From positions 29,075 to 93,074 of the forward strand of contig NZ_JACJSC010000008.1 in the NCBI RefSeq assembly GCF_014697575.1: a stretch of DNA of 64,000 nt, written 5' to 3'. The notes under the pieces were generated by a model that saw only the letters and a program-made list of their open reading frames with translations, did not search any database and was not told where the DNA came from. This document shows, piece after piece, positions 20,760 to 30,771 of this stretch (its first letter is position 1; the number at the start of each line of letters is the position of its first letter). The DNA is from Planktothrix sp. FACHB-1365. GTDB lineage: Bacteria > Cyanobacteriota > Cyanobacteriia > Cyanobacteriales > Microcoleaceae. The position numbers were made by a program, and so were the translations under genes.

Positions 20760-21488
20760 ATGAAAATCGTGCTGGAGAATATTCACAAATCCTACCGTAA
20801 ACGCACCGTTGTCAGTCGAGTTAATCTCTCCGTTTCTCAAGGGGAAATTGTGGGATTATTAGGGCCCAATGGTGCAGGGAAAACCACGACATTTTATATT
20901 GCAACGGGGTTAGAAAAACCAACCCAAGGAAATGTTTATCTCAATGAACTTGATATTACCCATTTACCCATTCATCAACGCGCCCAGTTAGGCATTGGTT
21001 ATTTGGCTCAACAAGCGAGTATTTTTCGCCATCTCAGTGTCAGGGATAATATTTTATTGGTTTTACAGCAAACCCGTGTTCCGCGTCATTTATGGCAAAA
21101 ACGTCTCCATACTCTGTTGCGGGAGTTTCGCTTAGAAAAAGTTGCCTCGACTTTAGGCTATCAAGTTTCTGGAGGAGAACGACGACGGACAGAACTAGCC
21201 CGTGCTTTAGCGGCGGGGTTGGAATTGCCTCAGTTTTTACTCTTAGATGAACCTTTTGCTGGAGTTGACCCCATTGCCGTTTCTGAAATTCAAGAAATCG
21301 TGGCTCAATTACGCACTCGTAATCTGGGAATCTTAATTACAGATCATAACGTCCGAGAAACCTTAGCGATTACAGACCGAGCCTATATTATGCGGGATGG
21401 ACAAATTTTTGCATCGGGAACCGCAGAAGAACTCTACAATAACCCCCTAGTGCGGCAGTATTATCTGGGTGACAGTTTTCAATTATGA
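20760..21488 (+). CDS. lptB: LPS export ABC transporter ATP-binding protein LptB
   Basis: Walker A GPNGAGKTT, signature VSGGERRR, Walker B LLLDEPFAGVD. 242 aa, overlapping start of downstream permease. Confidence 0.85.
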   Translation: MKIVLENIHKSYRKRTVVSRVNLSVSQGEIVGLLGPNGAGKTTTFYIATGLEKPTQGNVYLNELDITHLPIHQRAQLGIGYLAQQASIFRHLSVRDNILLVLQQTRVPRHLWQKRLHTLLREFRLEKVASTLGYQVSGGERRRTELARALAAGLELPQFLLLDEPFAGVDPIAVSEIQEIVAQLRTRNLGILITDHNVRETLAITDRAYIMRDGQIFASGTAEELYNNPLVRQYYLGDSFQL

Positions 21489-22663
21489 AAATTACTCTTT
21501 CTAAACCGTTGGGTTCAGGCAAAATTTTCCTGCCCTATCTCTCAATTTTAGATCGATATTTAATCCAAGAAATCATTCCGCCCTTTGTGTTTGGTGTGGG
21601 ATTATTTAGCTCCGTTGCTCTCACGGTCGGAACCGTTTTTGACTTAGTTCGACAAGTGGCAGAATCGGGAATGGCCGTTTCTATTGCTGTGCAGATTTTT
21701 CTATTAAAAATGCCAGAATTCATCGTTTTAGCCTTTCCAATGGCGATGATTTTAAGTGCATTAATGGTTTATGGTCGTTTATCCAGTGATAGTGAATTAA
21801 TTGCCCTCAGAAGTTGTGGGATTAGTTTATATCGCCTGCTGATTCCGACTTTAATTTTTAGTTTTTTGATTACAGGTTTAACCTTTGGTTTTAATGAGGT
21901 GATTGTTCCGGCTGCCAATTATCGAGCCTCTGTCACCTATGAACAAGCATTAAATGAAGGTCAACTTCCGATTCAGGAAGATAATATTTTTTATCCTGAA
22001 TATGATAAAATTGAAATTGAAGGAACGGATAAAAAAATTAGTCGCTTAGTCCGATTGTTTTATGCTGAAAAATTTGATCGAGGTCAAATGTTGGAAGTGA
22101 CGATTTTAGATCGCTCTCAACCGGAATTGACTCAAATTATTTCTTCAAAAAATGCGAATTGGAATTTTTCTAAAAATACCTGGGATTTCTTTAATGGTAC
22201 TATTTATATTGTCAATCCCGATGGTTCCTATCGCAATATTGTTCGATTTGATCATAAACAAATTCAACTGTCCCGCACTCCCCTGGATTTAGCATCCCGA
22301 AAACGAGATTTTGATGAGATGAATATTGCTCAAGCTCAAGATTATTTAAAGTTAATGAAATTGAGCGGTGATCAACAAAGAATTGTTAAAACAAAGGTTA
22401 GAATTCAACAAAAATATGCTCTCCCGTTCTCCTGTGTGGTGTTTGCCTTATTAGGAGTTGCATTAGGCAGTAGACCCCAAAGTACCAGCCGAGCAACCAG
22501 TTTCGGGATTAGCGTTATCGTGATTTTCGGATATTATTTACTCTCGTTTATCACCGGAGCATTAGGTCAAAAAGAAATTCTCACTCCCTTTTTTGCCGCT
22601 TGGTTGCCAACATTTTTAGGCATTGGAATTGCAAGTTTTTTATTAGTTCGTGCTTCTAAGTAG
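21485..22663 (+). CDS. LptF/LptG-family LPS export permease
   Basis: YjgP/YjgQ-type architecture: 3 TM, large periplasmic insert, 3 TM. Translationally coupled to lptB (ATGA overlap). Confidence 0.75.
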   Translation: MKITLSKPLGSGKIFLPYLSILDRYLIQEIIPPFVFGVGLFSSVALTVGTVFDLVRQVAESGMAVSIAVQIFLLKMPEFIVLAFPMAMILSALMVYGRLSSDSELIALRSCGISLYRLLIPTLIFSFLITGLTFGFNEVIVPAANYRASVTYEQALNEGQLPIQEDNIFYPEYDKIEIEGTDKKISRLVRLFYAEKFDRGQMLEVTILDRSQPELTQIISSKNANWNFSKNTWDFFNGTIYIVNPDGSYRNIVRFDHKQIQLSRTPLDLASRKRDFDEMNIAQAQDYLKLMKLSGDQQRIVKTKVRIQQKYALPFSCVVFALLGVALGSRPQSTSRATSFGISVIVIFGYYLLSFITGALGQKEILTPFFAAWLPTFLGIGIASFLLVRASK

Positions 22664-22800
22664 AAATTCGAGGAGATAAATGGGTGTATCGCCAAGAAAG
22701 AGCGATGATTGATATAGCACTACATTTTTTAGTTATAGCAATGATAACTTAGCGTTTAGAATTTCTTTGTGTTCTTTGTATCTTTGTTGTAGAATTATGC

Positions 22801-23406
22801 TTGTCATTTGTAAATACAATAGCGCGAATTTCTATATATTATATTGAGATGGGTGAAAGATTTAATACTGTTAAAACAGAAGTTAAAAACTGGAGAAATT
22901 TTACACTAAATAGTGAAATTTACGATTTATCGCATCTAAATGCCCATTCGGTTGAATATCGTGATGATAGAGACAAAAATAACCTAATTACATATAAATT
23001 TATAGTAACCTATGGCTTACACTGCTTTACAAAAGAATCGGAAGATCTTACAGAGGAAGAATCACAATTATTAATGTATAAGGGGCCAAGAGAGTCCAGA
23101 CCCTTTAATTTGGAGAGATATGACCTATCAAAGCAGTTACCTGAAATTATCAAGGCACTTGGTCAGAGTGCAACCTTAGTCTGTCATGCAGGGTATGGAA
23201 ATTATGCAATTGTGAAAGTTGTGGACTCCAAGGGTGTTAAAGTTGATTATTTTGTTGTTTTTCAAGTATTCAAGGAAAGTAAAAAGCTAAGACTCCATGT
23301 AACAAGTGCATATCCTAAATACGAAGGTATAGGGAAAATAAAGAAAGTCAATTTCTTCGTTATAGCTAAGAATTTATTGAATAATAAGAAACTACCGAAG
23401 CCTTGA
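22801..23406 (+). CDS. Hypothetical protein in a low-GC islet
   Basis: 201-aa ORF with no recognisable motif. Strongly AT-rich codon usage unlike flanking genes. Followed by perfect hairpin aaggctcc-ttaa-ggagcctt (23413..23432). Confidence 0.35.
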   Translation: MSFVNTIARISIYYIEMGERFNTVKTEVKNWRNFTLNSEIYDLSHLNAHSVEYRDDRDKNNLITYKFIVTYGLHCFTKESEDLTEEESQLLMYKGPRESRPFNLERYDLSKQLPEIIKALGQSATLVCHAGYGNYAIVKVVDSKGVKVDYFVVFQVFKESKKLRLHVTSAYPKYEGIGKIKKVNFFVIAKNLLNNKKLPKP

Positions 23407-23652
23407 ATAACAAAGGCTCCTTAAGGAGCCTTCGCCAAAAACTTGTTTATATTTTTGGTATTCAGATCGTCTTTACCGGACTTGCCTCGACCCTAAAGGG
23501 TAACGGGATGTCATGATTATCTCATGTCTGCTGCATCCATACTTCTAGTATAGAGAGTGGTTTTAATCATGTCAAGTCCCGCCTCTAAACCACTGCCACT
23601 ACTAGGCAGAGATCATCGCTGATTTTAACGTTATATTTAATTTAATCAGGAA

Positions 23653-24858
23653 TTAAGGATTGGCAAACGTATTAATTTCCCCCCCGCCAATATAACGACC
23701 TGGAACACGATTGGGAACAGAAAAATTACGTTGAGTTTGACCGATTTGACCCGGTTGTAGGTTGGGATTCATATTACTGGGGGTCATGTAACTATTCGGT
23801 TGAACGGGTTGAACCGTGCTGTAACTCCCTGTATTCGGCGTAACGGAATAGGAGGGTGCAGTGTTATTTATCGGAAGTGAATTGAGGTTAGAATATCCAG
23901 GGTTGGGGGCTGTTCCCGGTGTTACTGGGGGCACGGTGGGAACAACCGGAGGCAGAGTGACGTTGGTTTGGTAGGGATTTGGAGCAGGAAGGGGAACTGT
24001 ACCCACCCCAGGATTAGTATTGGCTCTGGGAACACTCCAACTCGGTTGAATCGTTTGTCCTGTAATGGTGGGAGTTCCTGTAAAAGGTGTTACACCCACT
24101 GGTGTTCCTGAGAGGGGATTTAAGGCGGCGTTGGGATTTGTTAAGGAATTAGGAGAAAGTGTTGATGGCTTGGTTTCTTGGACTTCTGAGGTTGGTGAGG
24201 ATTCAGTCGCCGTGTTAGACGGTACAGCCAGATCTTTATTTTCGGTCTGCTGGGTTTGCAGATAGTTCTGCATCGCTTGTTGTAAAGCCGTGGTTGTCGT
24301 TTGGGGGTTGGTTGTTTCTGCGGATTGATTTAAACCGAAGTTAGGATTGGACTCGGTGGGAGTTGAAGGATTACCAGAACCTGAATTCAGATTGTTAGCA
24401 GGAGTTGAAGTATTCCCCTGTACCGATATTGAGGGTTGAGTTTTGGGGGCTGATTCTGACAGGATAGCGTCTACGAGAGGATTGGAATTCGAGGAGGATT
24501 CCGGCTTTTTAGCAGATTCCTGAGCTTGTTTAAATAAGTCTGTTCCGAGTGAAATTGTTGTATTTAAAGGTGCAAGAAATGAACTATTGCGATTTAACTC
24601 ATCTAATAACACTTTAGAACTATCAATATCCGCCGCAATTGATTGTTCTTCTGGGGTAAGTTGACTCGCGGAGTTGTCAGAATCAAGGGTTGATTCTTGA
24701 TCCAAACTAAACCATTCGGGGTGTTCGGAAAACTGCCAGAAGAAAATTCCCACCACCACCAGCACGCTGACAGAACCCCAAATACGGGGTTGTAGAAGAA
24801 ACTGCAATTCTTCTCCCACAGTACGAATCAATTCAGGAAGTCGTTTATAAATAGACAT
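23653..24858 (-). CDS. Membrane-anchored low-complexity (Pro/Thr/Asn/Ser-rich) protein
   Basis: N-terminal single TM (SVSVLVVVGIFFW) followed by ~330 aa of PT/N/Q-rich low-complexity sequence. Confidence 0.5.
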   Translation of the reverse strand: MSIYKRLPELIRTVGEELQFLLQPRIWGSVSVLVVVGIFFWQFSEHPEWFSLDQESTLDSDNSASQLTPEEQSIAADIDSSKVLLDELNRNSSFLAPLNTTISLGTDLFKQAQESAKKPESSSNSNPLVDAILSESAPKTQPSISVQGNTSTPANNLNSGSGNPSTPTESNPNFGLNQSAETTNPQTTTTALQQAMQNYLQTQQTENKDLAVPSNTATESSPTSEVQETKPSTLSPNSLTNPNAALNPLSGTPVGVTPFTGTPTITGQTIQPSWSVPRANTNPGVGTVPLPAPNPYQTNVTLPPVVPTVPPVTPGTAPNPGYSNLNSLPINNTAPSYSVTPNTGSYSTVQPVQPNSYMTPSNMNPNLQPGQIGQTQRNFSVPNRVPGRYIGGGEINTFANP

Positions 24859-24885
24859 AGCTTACAGACAGCTTATTGCTGCTTT

Positions 24886-24985
24886 GAAAGGAACAGGGGA
24901 AGTCAGGGGATGGGGGACAAGGGGACAAGGGGATGGGGGGACAAGGGAGATTAGGGGATGGGGGATTAGGGGGAAGTCAACTGTT
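24886..24985. repeat. G-rich simple repeat (ggggacaagg / ggggatggggg units) in divergent intergenic region
   Basis: Direct reading: gggaagtcaggggatgggggacaaggggacaaggggatggggggacaagggagattaggggatgggggattagggggaag. Confidence 0.8.
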
Positions 24986-25071
24986 AACTTTCAACATTAA
25001 GCTTAACTGCTGGGCGCTAAACCTCAACCGCGAACGGACAAAACCTCTTATCATTATTGTAGCCTGTTGCT

Positions 25072-25824
25072 TTGATGCCTAAATTAACCTTTGAGGCTAC
25101 CCTAATGGAAAAATTTATAGAAATTCTAGCGAATAAAGAGGAAATCACTCAGCGAGCTTTAGATATTCTTCTCGTTAAAATTAAAGACGCGCTTCAAAGT
25201 CGGGATCAATTTACCATCGCTTTAGCAGGAGGGAGTACCCCTAAACCCTTATATGAAGCGTTAGCTCAACAAGCGTTACCTTGGGATAAAATTCATGTCT
25301 TTTGGGGAGATGAACGTTATGTTCGGTCTGATCATCCCGACAGTAACCAACGCATGGCGCGACAGGCTTGGCTAGATCAAGTCAATTTTCCCGCCACTCA
25401 TCTGCATCCGATGCCAACGGCAGCCAATGACCCCAAGGTTGATGCCGAAACCTACAATCAGGAATTAGCGCAGTTTTTTCATCTCAATGCCGGAGAATTC
25501 CCTGCTTTTGATGTGGTTTTATTGGGGATGGGGGATGATGCTCACACTGCATCGTTATTTCCCCACACCGAAGCCTTAACCGTTCAGGATCGCTTAATTA
25601 CCGTTGGCAATAAAGACGGTCAACCTCGGATTACCTTTACTGTACCCCTAATTAATCACGCTCGCTGTGTGATGTTTTTGGTCACGGGGGCCAATAAACA
25701 GGAACCTTTAGCCCAGGTGTTTGCCTCGGAAGCCGATGCGATCGCTTATCCTAGCCGACTGATTCAACCCGTTGGGGAATTATGGTGGTTATTAGATACC
25801 GCAGCAGGAGCCAATTTAACCTAA
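25072..25824 (+). CDS. pgl: 6-phosphogluconolactonase
   Basis: LAGGSTP…WDKIHVFWGDERYV and later motifs of the 6PGL/NagB family. Real start may be the internal Met at 25105. Confidence 0.8.
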   Translation: MMPKLTFEATLMEKFIEILANKEEITQRALDILLVKIKDALQSRDQFTIALAGGSTPKPLYEALAQQALPWDKIHVFWGDERYVRSDHPDSNQRMARQAWLDQVNFPATHLHPMPTAANDPKVDAETYNQELAQFFHLNAGEFPAFDVVLLGMGDDAHTASLFPHTEALTVQDRLITVGNKDGQPRITFTVPLINHARCVMFLVTGANKQEPLAQVFASEADAIAYPSRLIQPVGELWWLLDTAAGANLT

Positions 25825-25885
25825 AATTTGCCAAAATTAAGCATCTGAACCCTTAATCTAACTCAAATTTTTCCATCAGAATCCT

Positions 25886-26623
25886 ATGATTGTTTGCCCT
25901 AATTGTAATTATCAAAATCCAGAAGGCGCGACCCAATGTGAAGCTTGTTATACGCCTTTGCCTTCGATGACCAGTTGTCCCCATTGTGGGGCGACGGTAC
26001 AAACGGATGCGGCTTTTTGTGGTCAATGTGGGTCGAATTTACAGCCTGCATCTACCCCAACGAATCCCGGTGAAAACGAAGGCTTGATTCCGACTTTGGT
26101 TACCCCCCCCGATGAACCCCTAGCTGAACCTCAGCCTCAACCTGTGCTCAGTTCCGGGCCGAATTTAGAAAAATCTCCGGCTGTTCCGGCGGCGACGGTA
26201 ACGACTCCTCCGGCGGTAGTGACCGTCGGGACGGTTGCAGAACCCCCAGCCAATATAGCTCAAGGTTTTCAGGCGGCGGCGACTCAGTTACAGCGACAGG
26301 CGGCGAAGTTGATTCATGTTCAAACCAATGCCACTGTAGAATTACCTCAAAATGTCTCGGTGATTCATTTAGGAAAACCCAATGATTTAGTGCCCCCGGA
26401 TGTGGATGTTTCGGGATTTCCCAACTCAGAAATTGTTTCTCGCACCCATGCTGATATTCGGATGGAGGGCGATGCGTACTATATTGAAGATGTGGGCAGT
26501 TCCAATGGTACTTATATTAATAATATTTCTCTTCCCAAAGGAAATCGACATCGGTTAAGACCGGGCGATCGCATTTCTTTAGGAAAAGGAGATTTAGTTT
26601 CGTTTATTTTTCAACTGTCCTAG
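25886..26623 (+). CDS. Double zinc-ribbon + FHA domain protein
   Basis: N-terminal CPNC…CEAC and CPHC…CGQC zinc ribbons, Pro-rich linker, C-terminal FHA (…ISRTHADIRMEGDAYYIEDVGSSNGTYINN…). Confidence 0.7.
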   Translation: MIVCPNCNYQNPEGATQCEACYTPLPSMTSCPHCGATVQTDAAFCGQCGSNLQPASTPTNPGENEGLIPTLVTPPDEPLAEPQPQPVLSSGPNLEKSPAVPAATVTTPPAVVTVGTVAEPPANIAQGFQAAATQLQRQAAKLIHVQTNATVELPQNVSVIHLGKPNDLVPPDVDVSGFPNSEIVSRTHADIRMEGDAYYIEDVGSSNGTYINNISLPKGNRHRLRPGDRISLGKGDLVSFIFQLS

Positions 26624-26869
26624 AGGATTCAGAACTCAGAGTACAGGGGCAGAGGGTAGAGGGTCGTTCAGTACAAAATAGTAACGTACCCGTTATCAAT
26701 GAATGCCCAACTGCACGAGAGGTTTTGAAAGCCGGGATTTTTGGATGGTGGGGGGAAATCTTAATCCTGAATCGCCCTATATCCCCATCCAAAATCTGAG
26801 ATTTCCCCTTTAAAATAAGCTTAGGGCGTAGCTGTTGATTGTTAGATTTTGCCAATGTCAGCACCCCGC

Positions 26870-27090
26870 TCTGAAGAGACGGGGCTTCATGCCTCTAACT
26901 TTAGATAACTGACCAGCTATAGCCTAACGGCTACGTTTTCTGGATCATAATACCCACGAATGCGACGCTAGTTTGTGGCTCTATTGTTAACAATTAAACA
27001 GTTTTACGAGGGGTAAGACAGTGTTGTTAGCGCAAAAAGTTCGGAAAACATTGGCGAAGCGAACATTACCCTAGAAATAGGAGTTATTTT
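26870..27090 (+). ncRNA. Putative IscB omegaRNA (non-coding region immediately 5' of iscB)
   Basis: Established knowledge that the IscB omegaRNA is encoded directly upstream of iscB. This ~220-nt region has no ORF and abuts the iscB start. Structure not verified. Confidence 0.35.
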
Positions 27091-28368
27091 ATGTCTAATT
27101 ACGTCTTTGTAATTGATACAAATAAACAGCCTCAAAACCCAGTACATCCTGCTCAAGCTCGATTGTTATTGAATCAAGGTCAAGCTGCGGTTTATCGTCG
27201 TTATCCGTTTACTATTATCTTAAAGGAGTCAAAACCCGAATTAGAAATAGAACAAATCACTCTTAAAATTGACCCCGGTTCAAAAACCACTGGAATTACA
27301 TTAGTTCAAGGAAACAAAGTAATTTGGGGTGCGGAATTAACTCATCGAGGTCAAACAATTAAAATGTCTTTGGAATCTCGATGTTTATTACGTCGCTCCC
27401 GAAGAAATCGTAAAACTAGATATCGTCAACCTCGATTTCTGAACCGAAAACGTTTAGAAGGTTGGTTAGCACCCAGTCTTCAGCATCGAGTAGAAACAAC
27501 TCTAACTTGGGTCAGTAAATTAATTAGGTTTGCACCTATTCGTTCAATCATTCAAGAGTTAGTCAGATTTGACTTACAACAACTTGAAAATCCTGAGATT
27601 TCAGGAATTGAATATCAACAAGGCGAGTTACAAGGATACGAAGTTCGGCAATATTTATTGGAGAAATGGAGTAGAAAATGTGCTTACTGTGGGGTTAAAA
27701 ATACACCCTTAGAAGTGGAACATATTCACCCTAAATCCCAAGGCGGAACTGACCGAATTTCCAATCTTACTGTTGCTTGTCATGACTGTAATCAAAAGAA
27801 AGGAAATCAAGATATTCAAGATTTCCTATCAGGTAAACCTGACTTACTGCCCCGGATTTTGAAACAAGCTAAACAACCGTTAAAAGATGCTACAGCCGTT
27901 AATTCAACCCGATGGTTACTGTTTAATCGCTTAAAAGAAACGGGTTTACCTGTTTCAACTAGCTCCGGTGGTTTAACTAAATTCAATCGCACTCGATTAA
28001 ATCTACCTAAAACCCATTGGCTAGATGCAGCTTGTGTTGGGAAAGTTGAAACTTTAAAGGTGTTAACCAATAAACCTTTATTGATTCTGGCAACAGGACG
28101 TGGCACTCGTCAAATGTGTGGTACAGACAAATACGGATTTCCAACACGACATCGCTCACGAATACAGATTCACAAAGGCTTTCAGACGGGCGATATTGTT
28201 AAAGCTGTTGTTACTAAAGGTAAGAAAATAGGCTTTTATTTAGGTCGAGTTCTTTGTCGCGCATCTGGCAGTTTTGATCTTGTTACTCCTCATGGAAGAG
28301 TAGCAGGAATTAGTCACAAATATTGTCAATCAATTCATAAAAAGGATGGTTATTCTTATGGATTCTAA
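27091..28368 (+). CDS. iscB: IscB RNA-guided nuclease (OMEGA system; RRXRR/HNH/RuvC)
   Basis: PLMP-like N-terminus (…AAVYRRYPFTIIL), RuvC-I KIDPGSKTTGITL, Arg-rich bridge helix RRSRRNRKTRYRQPRFLNRKR, HNH CAYCG…LEVEHIHPKSQGGTDRISNLTVACHDCNQKKGN, RuvC-III HWLDAACVG. 425 aa. Confidence 0.85.
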   Translation: MSNYVFVIDTNKQPQNPVHPAQARLLLNQGQAAVYRRYPFTIILKESKPELEIEQITLKIDPGSKTTGITLVQGNKVIWGAELTHRGQTIKMSLESRCLLRRSRRNRKTRYRQPRFLNRKRLEGWLAPSLQHRVETTLTWVSKLIRFAPIRSIIQELVRFDLQQLENPEISGIEYQQGELQGYEVRQYLLEKWSRKCAYCGVKNTPLEVEHIHPKSQGGTDRISNLTVACHDCNQKKGNQDIQDFLSGKPDLLPRILKQAKQPLKDATAVNSTRWLLFNRLKETGLPVSTSSGGLTKFNRTRLNLPKTHWLDAACVGKVETLKVLTNKPLLILATGRGTRQMCGTDKYGFPTRHRSRIQIHKGFQTGDIVKAVVTKGKKIGFYLGRVLCRASGSFDLVTPHGRVAGISHKYCQSIHKKDGYSYGF

Positions 28369-28394
28369 AAGAACTCAGGCGGTTAAAACCGCTT

Positions 28395-28964
28395 TTGTCC
28401 CGGTTTTCCTCCTCGCTCGCTTATAGACGAGGCTTCCAACCTTCCCATGTTTTTCTTGTGATTAAACTAACATTATTACATCCTCTCCAATCGATTCCTG
28501 TCCGCAGTTGGGTCTTTAAAAAGGACAATGTGATTCGGATTGGGCGATCGCTCAAAAATGATGTTGTTCTCTATAGTGCGGTTGTGTCTCGGTATCATGT
28601 CGAGATTCGTCGCCAAAGTGAAGATTGGGTTGTTGTGAATCTGGGAACTAATGGAACCTATGTTAATGGACAAGCGGTTCAAGAAGTTCCCTTAGTCGAT
28701 GGACAAGTGATTCACTTAGCCATATCGGGGCCCAAAATTCTCTTAAATATTCAACCTGATCCGACAGAATTGATTTTTACTGGAGGAATAGAGGTGCATC
28801 ACTCATCCCAGCAACAGGAACATCAGCCAGAACCCGTGTATTCCGTAGAAGTTTTAACTTCACCCGGAGTTTCCTCTGATCCATTGTTTCCCAGTCACAC
28901 GGAAGAGACAACGGAGGTTGATCTGCGTAAACAATTGATGCTTCCTACCAATTACCCGGTCTAA
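28395..28964 (+). CDS. FHA domain protein (start uncertain)
   Basis: FHA core VIRIGRSLKNDVVLYSAVVSRYHVEI…NGTYVNGQAV. The 5' end overlaps sequence adjacent to the IscB element, so the true start is unclear. Confidence 0.5.
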   Translation: MSRFSSSLAYRRGFQPSHVFLVIKLTLLHPLQSIPVRSWVFKKDNVIRIGRSLKNDVVLYSAVVSRYHVEIRRQSEDWVVVNLGTNGTYVNGQAVQEVPLVDGQVIHLAISGPKILLNIQPDPTELIFTGGIEVHHSSQQQEHQPEPVYSVEVLTSPGVSSDPLFPSHTEETTEVDLRKQLMLPTNYPV

Positions 28965-29553
28965 CAGGATACCACAATAAGCGAGTCAGTGCGATTCCTG
29001 TCATCCCGGCAACGATTGTCCAAACCAGGACTAAACCCAACACATCTCCCAGAAAAAAACTTGTCCCCTGACGTAGAATTCCCCCAAACATCCAACCGAT
29101 GGGTAATGCTATCCCCCACGACAGTATACTAGCTACGATCCATCGCCAGGGTTTCAAGACTTCGGTGCGTAAGACCCACCATTGTCCAAGGCTTAAACAT
29201 AGTCCTAATTTAACTCCCTCGATAACACCATAAATAATTCGAGGGGTAAGATTTAAGGTTCGGGGAACCACCCAACCCAAGAGTCCTATTGGAGTGAACG
29301 CAATGATTGTCCAGATTAAAACATGGACGAAAATCCATCGCCAACTCTGGGAAATATGGTCTTTGAGAACAAACCATTGAGACACACTGATAATTAATCC
29401 GCCAATGGCTCCTTCTAAAGCTCCTAAATCGGGTCTTTCTCCAATTTCTATCCAAATTAAACTGACTAAAAATCCCACCTGTGTTACAACTATCCACTGG
29501 ATGATAAACCCTAGGTCGGTTTCTAAATCCCAATTTTTATAGACCCATTTCAT
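28945..29553 (-). CDS. Trp-rich polytopic membrane protein, unknown function
   Basis: ~6 predicted TM helices with many W residues. No recognisable motif. Confidence 0.4.
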   Translation of the reverse strand: MKWVYKNWDLETDLGFIIQWIVVTQVGFLVSLIWIEIGERPDLGALEGAIGGLIISVSQWFVLKDHISQSWRWIFVHVLIWTIIAFTPIGLLGWVVPRTLNLTPRIIYGVIEGVKLGLCLSLGQWWVLRTEVLKPWRWIVASILSWGIALPIGWMFGGILRQGTSFFLGDVLGLVLVWTIVAGMTGIALTRLLWYPVRPGNW

Positions 29554-29639
29554 AAGGATTTTATAGCAGGGAACAGGGAACAGGGAACAGTAAGAAGTGA
29601 AAGGGTTTCAGCTTTCTATATATCTGATAATTTTAGCTT

Positions 29640-30731
29640 TTAGGGTTGAAAGCGATCGCTTCTAAAATGATTTAATAAAGGATCATATTGTTGGTCTAAA
29701 ACCCAATTAGAAATTAATTCAGCCGTAACCGGAGCCAATAAAATTCCATTGCGATAATGACCGACGGCTAAGGTTAAATTTTCCCAAGAACTCGGCCCTA
29801 ATATGGGTAATAAATCTGGCGTTTCCGGTCGAAATCCCCACCAAAATTCTTGAAGGGGAAACTCTTTTAAAATCGGATATAATCCCATCGCTCCTGAGAG
29901 TAAGGTTTCAATACCATTGGGGGTTAAACCGCAGGTAAATCCAACATCTTCTGATGTTGCTCCAATCACAATTAAACCATCTCGACGGGGGACAATATAA
30001 ATATTAGAACCGAATAAAACCTGTTTCAAAGGTAAGGGTTCAAAATCATCAGGAACTCGAACGGATAACATTTGTCCCTTGCGGGGATATACAGGAATTG
30101 ATAATAATTCTCCAGCCCAAGCTCCCGTTGTTAAAATATAATGATCGGCTTTAAAATTACCTTGATTGGTGATAATTTTTGTTACCTTTTCTGGGGAAGT
30201 TACTAAGGTTTTGACTGTGATTTCTTCTATAATTTTAACCCCTAATTCCTGAGCCGCCCTGTACAAGGTTTTGACTAACCCCCGACGGTTATCGACTTGA
30301 CCATCCTGGGGAAACCACCATCCTCCCACAACGTCATCCCCTAACCCCGGTTGCTGCTGTAAAATTGCTTCTCGTTCAAGCCAGTAACTCGGTGTGTCTG
30401 GGGTTTGGGGTAAGATGATACAGTCGGGACGTTCGTAGACGGGGGCTAAAATCCCACAGGGCCAATATCCAGTTTCTAACCCCGTGAGTTCCTCCAGTTT
30501 GCGTGTCCAATCGTTATAGAGGGCGCGACTGCGTAAACATAAGTCTAGCATGGGGCCAGGAGGAATTTGTTCGGCTTGGGGGGCTAACATTCCGGCCCCT
30601 ACAATACCCGCCGCTTCCTGTTGATTTCGACTTAGAACAGTTACCGTTGCCCCTCGTAATTTTAACTCAACGGCTAGGGATAATCCGATTAAACCGCCTC
30701 CGATTAAAATAATTTCATTTTCTGGTTTCAT
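29640..30731 (-). CDS. FAD-dependent oxidoreductase, DAO/ThiO (glycine oxidase)-like
   Basis: N-terminal Rossmann IILIGGGLIGLSLAVEL and DAO-family length (363 aa). Confidence 0.55.
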   Translation of the reverse strand: MKPENEIILIGGGLIGLSLAVELKLRGATVTVLSRNQQEAAGIVGAGMLAPQAEQIPPGPMLDLCLRSRALYNDWTRKLEELTGLETGYWPCGILAPVYERPDCIILPQTPDTPSYWLEREAILQQQPGLGDDVVGGWWFPQDGQVDNRRGLVKTLYRAAQELGVKIIEEITVKTLVTSPEKVTKIITNQGNFKADHYILTTGAWAGELLSIPVYPRKGQMLSVRVPDDFEPLPLKQVLFGSNIYIVPRRDGLIVIGATSEDVGFTCGLTPNGIETLLSGAMGLYPILKEFPLQEFWWGFRPETPDLLPILGPSSWENLTLAVGHYRNGILLAPVTAELISNWVLDQQYDPLLNHFRSDRFQP

Positions 30732-30771
30732 AACGGCTAAATATTGATCTAATTAATTCTATTTTAACAGT

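Noticed and set aside
26604-26864. 86-aa minus-strand ORF downstream of the FHA gene
   Set aside because: It overlaps the FHA gene's 3' end and the likely IscB left flank. No motif. Likely noise.
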